A stretch of 64,000 nucleotides of DNA from an uncultured virus (IMG/VR IMGVR_UViG_3300049255_000219) (lineage: Duplodnaviria; Heunggongvirae; Uroviricota; Caudoviricetes). The notes beneath the pieces were generated by a model. The model was not told the origin of the DNA and did not search any database. It was given only the letters and a program-made list of their open reading frames with translations. The stretch lies in IMG/VR virus record IMGVR_UViG_3300049255_000219; one strand, 5' to 3'. Shown here piece after piece: positions 57,016 through 64,000 of the stretch. Position 1 is the first letter of the stretch. Every line of letters begins with the position of its first letter. Both the position numbers and the translations under genes were made by a program.

Positions 57016-58634
57016 AATCTATCGCTTTCGCGTACTGCGCCCGGAGGTGTGACGCACCGACAAAAGTGTTCGTTGGCGATGTTATCTCATTGCTAGAAAA
57101 TGTGGAGTACGTCATCGAGTTTACGACTGCTCCACGTGCGGCGGACCTAGCAAGAATGACGGAGGTCGGCTACGATACGATAACGGCAACCACTGGCATT
57201 CTTTGCTTTCGCAATTTCGTTGGTACGGCCAACATGGCTGGTGTAACGCTGCAGGTCATATCCACCAAACTTGGCGTAGACGGCGTTTCTCGCCTACTGG
57301 AGGACGTTTCTCAATTGTCCGCGAGCCTCGTATTCGGCTGGCGCACCCCAACCGGGCACCGCGCCGTCGCATCACAATCATCCAAGGCCCCAATACCTTA
57401 TCATCAGTTGCAGTTCTTGCGACAAGTCATCCTACGAAACGCGGTAGGTCTGCGTATGCAAGACTATCTGCATACAGTTGAACTTAATCCCACTCGTCGC
57501 TTTGTTGTCGAGCGGCCTTTAGTAGGAATAGAGCGTGCCCGTAGGTTGGATGCCAGATCGATACGCGAAATATTCACCCGGACTGAGCGCCTTGCTGCTT
57601 TGCCAGCAGAATCCTCCCTGAATTCAAACGCAATTGCCAAGACGCTGGCGTTTGGCGACCCGGTGCACTGCCACTTTCCCGTGTTGGTATCGGAAGCGGC
57701 TCGTAAATTCTCAAATGACACCGTGGAAAACAGGTTCATTAAGCATTTCATTAAACAGTGCCTGGCAATTGTGTATAAGCTACTCGACAACCAAGCGATA
57801 CATCCTCAGATGCGGGCGGACTGCCGTACAATGGCAACCACGCTGGAGATGTCTATAAATGCGCGATATCTTGCGGAAGTAAAGTCACTGTCTGCACTCT
57901 CTAGCCCGACGCAGGTGATGCTCAAGAGTGAAGGCTACAAGGAGCTTTGGCAGCTATGGAATGAATTTGGCGCATACATGTCCCTGCCGACGGATGAGGG
58001 TGACGTCCAGCACCTTCTTCAAGGACGAGACGTCGCGCAGCTTTACGAATATTGGGTGTTCCTGAAAGTCTTGCAGGCCACCCTGGTAGCTTTGGATAGT
58101 AAAAATAAGGCCAACATCACAGTTACGATGAGTGACTTAGGCGCCAGCATGGATCGCGGACTTTCCATCAAAGTGAACAATGATATCGGCATTAGTTTCA
58201 ATCCGTCATTTACGCGGTCACGTGGGACCGCATATTCGACACCGTTGCGACCCGATGTTGTCCTGAAGCTCGGTGAGAAATTATTTGTTTTTGACGCGAA
58301 ATATCGGCTGACGTGGAAAAATTTCACCGAAGATGCGGATGACGACAAAGCTACATTCCTTCGTGCCGATCTGTACAAAATGCATACGTATCGCGATGCC
58401 ATACATAAGGTTGCGGCGGCATTCGTGGTTTATCCGGGCTCGGAATTTGGATTTTATGAGCGCAACGGTATGGCGAGTCACGATGTAAATGATATTACTA
58501 AATTCAATGGAGTTGGCGCTGTACCCATGAGGCCGGACGCAGACGATCCGCCTGTCGTCCTTTCTTTGCTTATCCAGCGCCTGATTAACGATATCCCGTC
58601 CAATGTCACATCACCGGATTTAGCTGCTTTCTAG
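57012..58634 (+). CDS. McrC-like DUF2357/PD-(D/E)XK nuclease
   Basis: DTVENRFIK, LYEYW, LRPDV...FDAKYR, DLYKMHTYRDAI; GTGA-coupled to the McrB-like gene. Confidence 0.9.
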   Translation: MKSIAFAYCARRCDAPTKVFVGDVISLLENVEYVIEFTTAPRAADLARMTEVGYDTITATTGILCFRNFVGTANMAGVTLQVISTKLGVDGVSRLLEDVSQLSASLVFGWRTPTGHRAVASQSSKAPIPYHQLQFLRQVILRNAVGLRMQDYLHTVELNPTRRFVVERPLVGIERARRLDARSIREIFTRTERLAALPAESSLNSNAIAKTLAFGDPVHCHFPVLVSEAARKFSNDTVENRFIKHFIKQCLAIVYKLLDNQAIHPQMRADCRTMATTLEMSINARYLAEVKSLSALSSPTQVMLKSEGYKELWQLWNEFGAYMSLPTDEGDVQHLLQGRDVAQLYEYWVFLKVLQATLVALDSKNKANITVTMSDLGASMDRGLSIKVNNDIGISFNPSFTRSRGTAYSTPLRPDVVLKLGEKLFVFDAKYRLTWKNFTEDADDDKATFLRADLYKMHTYRDAIHKVAAAFVVYPGSEFGFYERNGMASHDVNDITKFNGVGAVPMRPDADDPPVVLSLLIQRLINDIPSNVTSPDLAAF

Positions 58635-60431
58635 AATCTTGCGCACATCGGAAAAATCAAAAAATACGTTATCGCCAGATGATACAAGCCGCCGTACAAC
58701 CTCCGCGTGTATGCCCTGAACACCGCGTTTCTTGATATTAGGGTTTTTTGATGCAGCACGCACTAGATCAATGAGGGCCGCACCAGATTCTTTCTTACTT
58801 GCGATCTTTGTCGATTTTGAGAGAGCGTGGACAGGCTTGCGAAGATTCATCACAACATCAAAATGGGCAACATTTTCCTCGCCACTTCGTCCTTTGTAGC
58901 CCTTATGGCTTTGCTGTTTCCGGTCTAGAGACGAAGCTTCATGAAATTCAAAACCAGCGCTGATTGCCGCATTATGGAGCGCCGTCCAAACTTCTCCATC
59001 CGTGTTATGGAAGACAATTGTCGCCCAACCTCCAGGCTTGAGAACTCGGACAATTTGCTGTAACGACAATGTCATTAGGTGTTCATAGGTCGCCAAGGTT
59101 TTCCCACCGGCCGCGACATCAAGAGAACTGTTCACCACCGCCTCATTAGTAGGATCAGTAATCCTGCCTAGCCATGATTCCCAGATCAGGTTGCAGTCTG
59201 CGTAAAACAGATTTGAGCCGAAAGGCGGATCTGTAAAGACGTAATCAATGCTCTCATTGGCCAGTTCCGTTAGTGCCGTGGCGCTGCCATTGATTATGGA
59301 CGGCGCTTGTTTCGATTTGGGAATGAATGCCAGATAGTAACGCTTCAATTGTGCAATTTTATTGCGCATAACTTCTAGAACATTTACCTCCGACGACAGC
59401 TGAGGTATATACAAAGTTCCAGTCAGCGGGCGCTGGCCACCGCGCGCGTTAAAGCGCCTCATGCGTGTTCCATGCCACGAAGTATTGGTAAACGCAAACA
59501 TTAGCGCAGCGCGTAGTCGTTGATCCTTCATCTCTTCAATTGCGGACCAAATGACAGCCAATGCCTTCAAATTCCTTGCAGTGTAGAAGTCCACGACCTC
59601 GTTAATTCCTTTAAGATGTAATGCGCATCTGATATACATCTCCCGATCTGGACCCAGTGGAACCGAAGGATACCAGTTGGCAATATCGGCACGAGTGAAT
59701 GACAGGGCCTTCTTAATATCTTTCTTGTCGGCAGCTTTTTCTAGTCGGGTTCCACTCTTCGACTTGTACGAGATCCAGACAGGTATAGAGTCAATCGTCG
59801 TCAGATTTTTTCGCTTCAGAATCGCCCCGCAACAAGGGCAGGCTATCGTGGTTCCCATGCGGCCGCTTTCGCGATCTACTGCATCCCACAAAGCGAATTT
59901 CTTCTTGCAGTCCAGGCATTTATGCCGTGTGCTCCACATCGTCCAGTGTATTAGGCCCTGATTACCATCCGTATCAGTGGTCGAATAAAGATCGCTAATG
60001 ATGCCGCCTACTTTTTTCTCGATTTCCTTGAACGCATTTCCGAGTTTTTCAGGATCGCATGGATTAGTGTGATTCCAAGCCAAATGTGCAGCAGCCGGCG
60101 ATAGATCGTTCAGTATTGCATTCCTGCCCGTCATGGACGCAGCAACACCTGTCATGCCAGATCCGCAAAATAAATCAAGAACCAAGTCGCCTGGCCGAGT
60201 AAAGTGCTCGATAAACGGTACGATCGCCTCAGGAGGTACTTTGGTGTGATAACTATGCGCTGTGTACAGTGCGCTATTGCGGGTGCCTGGAATCGAGATG
60301 TCTGCAGGTGCGGCAGATGGCGTCGGGCGAAGCGATGCTGTCGGAAAATCATTGCCATCGGCTATGTATTCCAAAACTATGTCGCGCCCAGTTTTAGCGT
60401 GGGGTTTCATGATAGCGGGTATTATTTTCAA
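58620..60431 (-). CDS. N6A/N4C DNA methyltransferase with zinc ribbon
   Basis: AHSYHTKVPPEAI, DLFCGSGMTG, CLDC...CPCC, TDPPF. Confidence 0.9.
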   Translation of the reverse strand: MKIIPAIMKPHAKTGRDIVLEYIADGNDFPTASLRPTPSAAPADISIPGTRNSALYTAHSYHTKVPPEAIVPFIEHFTRPGDLVLDLFCGSGMTGVAASMTGRNAILNDLSPAAAHLAWNHTNPCDPEKLGNAFKEIEKKVGGIISDLYSTTDTDGNQGLIHWTMWSTRHKCLDCKKKFALWDAVDRESGRMGTTIACPCCGAILKRKNLTTIDSIPVWISYKSKSGTRLEKAADKKDIKKALSFTRADIANWYPSVPLGPDREMYIRCALHLKGINEVVDFYTARNLKALAVIWSAIEEMKDQRLRAALMFAFTNTSWHGTRMRRFNARGGQRPLTGTLYIPQLSSEVNVLEVMRNKIAQLKRYYLAFIPKSKQAPSIINGSATALTELANESIDYVFTDPPFGSNLFYADCNLIWESWLGRITDPTNEAVVNSSLDVAAGGKTLATYEHLMTLSLQQIVRVLKPGGWATIVFHNTDGEVWTALHNAAISAGFEFHEASSLDRKQQSHKGYKGRSGEENVAHFDVVMNLRKPVHALSKSTKIASKKESGAALIDLVRAASKNPNIKKRGVQGIHAEVVRRLVSSGDNVFFDFSDVRKILESS

Positions 60432-62536
60432 TGTTCAACACTCACACTGTTCGATCGCTTTTTCTTACTCAGCGACCACTTTCCATTGACTTCAACTGCC
60501 CCCAAAGCCAGGCTTCGCATTGCAATCGACGGCATGGTGATGCCAGAAAGGCTCTGGTTTGCGCTCAACAGAGTTTGGATTACGGTGGAATAAATCTCGT
60601 CCGTTCGCGCTGGCCCGTGCTGAAGGCAAGCCAGCGCTGCCTTGTCGATAAGCGCTGTCGAGGCCAATTTAGTGTGATCTAGTATCTTGGCCACTCCAGT
60701 CCGATGTTTCATCGTAATGAGAAGGTCAAACGTCGTCACAATTTCTTTTCCAGTCACACCTTTGACACCTTTGATTGAAGGCTGCCCCTTATCCAGGATA
60801 TGTACGCTGGTCGTCTCCAGATCTGCGGTGGCGATAGCTTTTTGAATTTCTAACCACACGCGGTCATCGGAATTTGAAAACGCTAAAACGCCATATCCAT
60901 CTGGACTCAGCACTCGAGCAACCTCGGAGAATGCTTTGGCCATTAATACGCCGTAGTCGTCCAGGGTCTTACCTCCGCCGACACGGCCACGGCTCTTGTT
61001 TACCACAATTTCTTCCGTATTGTCTGTAAGGGAACCTAACCACGCTTCCCAAAGAATGGAACTATCGGCATAAAAAATATTTGACCCGAATGGGGGATCC
61101 ATAAAAACCATGGGAATCGAGCCATCGGGGATACACGACAGGTCAGTTGCGGATCGATTCATAACTTGTACAGTTGCAGAAGTCGCTGGAAAGCTAGCAA
61201 AATAGCGCTTTACATCCGCAGCCTTTCGGCGAAACAGACTCCAGACGTTCCACTCGTACCGCAATGACGATATATAAAGCGTTCCGGTCATTACGTTTGT
61301 TGGTCGCTTAGCGTTCCATTGATATCGTCGCGAAGCTCGATTGACGCAAGCGGTAAAAGCAAACATCAATGCTTCGCGAACACGCCCTTCCGAAACAGAG
61401 ATGATAGTGTGGCGCAATGCGGCCAACGCGTGCAGGTTACGTCGCGTGAAAAACAGACTGACTTCGGTGATTCCCATCGCAAGATGCGAGGCGCGCCACA
61501 TTTCACGCTCCGAGCCAAACGGGACGTGCGGCACCCAGTATGGAATTGGCGTTGCGTTTGCTTCGGCGATCAGATCCAACTCGTCGTCGGTAGGATCGTG
61601 CGATTTGATACGCGTGGAACCCTCCGAAACGTGCGTCTGAACTGGCTTTTCCGCCAACCACTTTAAGTCGGCCTTGCGAACGTAAGCTTGGCAATGTGGG
61701 CAAGTCATGCCTTTGGCATCAGTGGCACCCGCAGTTTGCACGACTTCCCAGTACAGTATGCTGCCTGCACACTCGCAGCATTGGAAAACATCACTCCACG
61801 TCGTGTATTCGATATTCTGGCCCGCCTGCCTAATTGGGTTGTAAAGCCACCGCATAGTCGATGCCACGGCTTTTTCCACTTTGTCCATGGCGGACTGGAA
61901 TTCCTCCGGCGAGCAGGGCGTATTATAGTTGCGAGAAATGTGCACAGCAGCCGGAGAGAGGTCGGACAAAATCGCACTCCGACCCATAGTAAGCGCCGCT
62001 ACGCCCGTCATACCTGAACCGGAAAACAGGTCAAGTACGACGTCGCCTGGCTGGCTAAGAGCTTCGATAAAAGGGGTGATTGCCTCTGGCGGCACCTTGG
62101 TATGATAGCTATGCGCTCTGTACGACGATTTTGTCTTAGTAACAGTAATGCGCTCCGGAATTCGCTCGGGAGAAATTTGTGTTGTGCGAGGGGAAATAGG
62201 CGGTAATGCATCAGTTAAATTGGTCGGATATATGACAGCATGCTGCTCCACTTGTTGGCGCACTGTGGCGGTGACGGTTGCTGCGTCTGTATCGACAATT
62301 TGTCGAACATCATTGGGGAGGCGCCCCGCGCTCAGCAACAACAAATCAGTTGGAATTCCTACGATGGCAGCCAGCTTCTGTGCCTGAATTTCTGTAAGTG
62401 GCCGCTCATCCGACTCCACGTAGCTCATGTACGCTTTTGATACCCCTAAAGCTAGACCCACCTCTTCCAACGAGAGTCCCATGGCCTTTCGACGCGCTTT
62501 GATAGCCTTACCAGCAGCCCAAGTCTTCGTTGTCAT
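60428..62536 (-). CDS. XRE-HTH fused N6A/N4C DNA methyltransferase (paralog of the downstream gene)
   Basis: N-terminal IKARRKAMGLSLEEVGLALGVSKAYMSYVE; AHSYHTKVPPEAI, DLFSGSGMTG, CCEC...CPHC, MDPPF. Confidence 0.9.
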   Translation of the reverse strand: MTTKTWAAGKAIKARRKAMGLSLEEVGLALGVSKAYMSYVESDERPLTEIQAQKLAAIVGIPTDLLLLSAGRLPNDVRQIVDTDAATVTATVRQQVEQHAVIYPTNLTDALPPISPRTTQISPERIPERITVTKTKSSYRAHSYHTKVPPEAITPFIEALSQPGDVVLDLFSGSGMTGVAALTMGRSAILSDLSPAAVHISRNYNTPCSPEEFQSAMDKVEKAVASTMRWLYNPIRQAGQNIEYTTWSDVFQCCECAGSILYWEVVQTAGATDAKGMTCPHCQAYVRKADLKWLAEKPVQTHVSEGSTRIKSHDPTDDELDLIAEANATPIPYWVPHVPFGSEREMWRASHLAMGITEVSLFFTRRNLHALAALRHTIISVSEGRVREALMFAFTACVNRASRRYQWNAKRPTNVMTGTLYISSLRYEWNVWSLFRRKAADVKRYFASFPATSATVQVMNRSATDLSCIPDGSIPMVFMDPPFGSNIFYADSSILWEAWLGSLTDNTEEIVVNKSRGRVGGGKTLDDYGVLMAKAFSEVARVLSPDGYGVLAFSNSDDRVWLEIQKAIATADLETTSVHILDKGQPSIKGVKGVTGKEIVTTFDLLITMKHRTGVAKILDHTKLASTALIDKAALACLQHGPARTDEIYSTVIQTLLSANQSLSGITMPSIAMRSLALGAVEVNGKWSLSKKKRSNSVSVEH

Positions 62537-62573
62537 TTAGCATTCAGTTCTGCATCGTTTATCACGGTTCGCA

Positions 62574-62594
62574 TGTTAACAAAGATTGTTAACA
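62574..62594. promoter_or_regulatory. Perfect inverted repeat; probable operator of the HTH-MTase
   Basis: TGTTAACAA-aga-TTGTTAACA, lying between a minus-strand GTGACA (-35-like) and TAACAT (-10-like). Confidence 0.65.
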
Positions 62595-62620
62595 CTTGTC
62601 ACGTCATTTTCATCGATTTA

Positions 62621-62636
62621 CTGTTTTTTTATACAG
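62621..62636. promoter_or_regulatory. LexA (SOS) box
   Basis: taCTGTttttttatACAGtt fits CTGT-N8-ACAG and overlaps a plus-strand TTGTCA-N17-TACTGT promoter-like element. Confidence 0.65.
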
Positions 62637-63052
62637 TTAAATCGATATCGTACAAAATGTCCAACATTGCGGTGAATTTGATTCGATTCAGTTGGTGTGA
62701 CGCCACACTTTTAAGGGGCCAGTGACCGAATGCGTACCGCTGATCAGAGTGACTCACTCCGAGGCAAACAAAATATGCTGGGGAATTGGTTCAAGCATTG
62801 ATTCTGGCACAAGAGCAAAGTACTCGCCTGCAAAAGATTTTTGCCATCACCGACAAAACTCTCCGCCCCAAGGATTGCGAATGTATGGTCTATCAGAACG
62901 ATTCTCTTAACAAAGATGATCATATTAATTGCTGATTGGAAACTTGAAAAGTGTGAAACGCACAACTAGTGCAGATTGACCACGAAGCAGTCGAAAATCC
63001 CCCCACTCACTGCACACATCAAATATAACAATTGCTCATTTGCGCCCTCACT

Positions 63053-63934
63053 CTACTGATCCAACGCTGTTGTCTTGATAATCAATTCAAACTCGGCCAC
63101 GACTTCGGGCTGCCGTTGCCGGAGATATCGGGCGACCGCGCCGTTCTCCAGCAGTTTTGTCAGGTAGCCCTTGGCGAGCACGAGATTTAACACGTCCTGC
63201 CCGTAAGTCTGCTCGACCATTTTGTACTGCCCTTGGAGGTTTGCCATTTCCCGCTCCATTTTCGCTATCTGCTCCTGCGACACGCCCGTCATTTTCTGCG
63301 GCTTTTTGCCTTCGACCAGCAGTTCGGCCGGCGTGGCCACCAGCATCGCTTCGGCATAAGCCGTCGTCACGGTATTCGCCGACACCATCAACTCGACACA
63401 TTCCATCTGCCGCGTGGTTTTCATTTTTCGCAGCACGCGGGAAATCTCGGCAGAAAACTGCCGGTCCTTCAGCATTTCGGCTGCCTCGGGGCAGATTCCA
63501 TCCAGCAAGGTCATTTTCTTGATGATATGGGTAACATCGACGCCGAGCGCCTTGGCGAGACGCTCGGGCGCAACGCCGCGCTCAATCGCCCGCCGAATCA
63601 TGAAATGTTCCTGGATGGTCGACAACCGATTGATCCGGCTATTGTAGGTATATCCCTCATCGTCTTTGGCCACCAGACATGGTGCGTCGGCATAGCCCAT
63701 GTCGCTCAGTACAATCAGCCGGATATGCCCGTCGAGGAGCATGTGCTGAGACGATTTCTTGATTGCCGGGGTAATTGAAAGCGGTTCGATCAAGCCGACA
63801 TCTTCGATCGACGAACGGATTTGTTTGAATTTTCGCGACGTGGCCAACCCTTCCGGGACTTTACGGGACGGTAGGATGTTCACCAACGAAACAGACAGCG
63901 CGTCCATCGAGAACCCGAGGGCGATACCTGTCAT
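63053..63934 (-). CDS. ParB-like protein with RepB C-terminal domain
   Basis: SIEDVGLIEPL, LLDGHIRL, TYNSRINRLSTIQEH, YGQDVLNL. Confidence 0.88.
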   Translation of the reverse strand: MTGIALGFSMDALSVSLVNILPSRKVPEGLATSRKFKQIRSSIEDVGLIEPLSITPAIKKSSQHMLLDGHIRLIVLSDMGYADAPCLVAKDDEGYTYNSRINRLSTIQEHFMIRRAIERGVAPERLAKALGVDVTHIIKKMTLLDGICPEAAEMLKDRQFSAEISRVLRKMKTTRQMECVELMVSANTVTTAYAEAMLVATPAELLVEGKKPQKMTGVSQEQIAKMEREMANLQGQYKMVEQTYGQDVLNLVLAKGYLTKLLENGAVARYLRQRQPEVVAEFELIIKTTALDQ

Positions 63935-64000
63935 GCCATGCTCCCGCCCGACCAGACCCGCTCGGCCAAATACTTCGGCAGGGTATCCAGCCCTTCGGCA
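63931..64000 (-). CDS. 3' end of an upstream ParB/RepB-like partner gene (partial)
   Basis: ...AEGLDTLPKYLAERVWSGGSMA* with ATGA overlap onto the ParB-like gene. Confidence 0.6.
   Translation of the reverse strand, partial: AEGLDTLPKYLAERVWSGGSMA

Noticed and set aside
58620..62536. BREX system, suggested by PglXI-like MTases
   Set aside because: No PglZ, BrxC or BrxH-like gene in the window.
1..64000. tRNA/rRNA genes or IS elements
   Set aside because: No cloverleaf, rRNA-like or transposase sequence recognised by eye; a covariance-model scan would be needed to exclude small ncRNAs.

Overview
Most of the window (about 1.6-55 kb) is a large, apparently intact lambdoid/HK97-type siphovirus prophage; the host is probably betaproteobacterial (inference). 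From left to right it carries: a large serine recombinase module; an unknown ~730-aa protein instead of a recognisable CI repressor; a replication module (AAA ATPase, SSB-like, SF2 helicase, PD-(D/E)XK nuclease, primase-helicase, RuvC-like); a ParB-methyltransferase; HNH/cos/terminase; HK97 head; a lambda-like tail (TMP, M, L, K, I, J) with a long multi-gene fibre module; an unusual lysis cassette (HNH-like, glucosaminidase, holin-like, lipoprotein, patatin); and a C5 methyltransferase with an internal overlapping ORF. Toxin-antitoxin cargo sits between terS and terL (VapBC, DUF1778 antitoxin, GNAT toxin remnant) and upstream of the tape measure gene (AbiE-like pair, orphan HigA). The left flank is the 5' part of a T6SS vgrG gene that the ORF track missed. 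The right flank is a more AT-rich defence island: McrB/McrC-like genes converge on two paralogous amino-methyltransferases (one HTH-fused), with an operator palindrome and a LexA-type box upstream, followed by a ParB/RepB-like gene pair running off the window. The best novelty candidates are the McrBC + twin-MTase system, the dual-coded C5 MTase, the activator-like early control switch, a second origin-like element beside cos, and the patatin/HNH lysis cassette. All family calls come from motif recognition by eye, not database searches.
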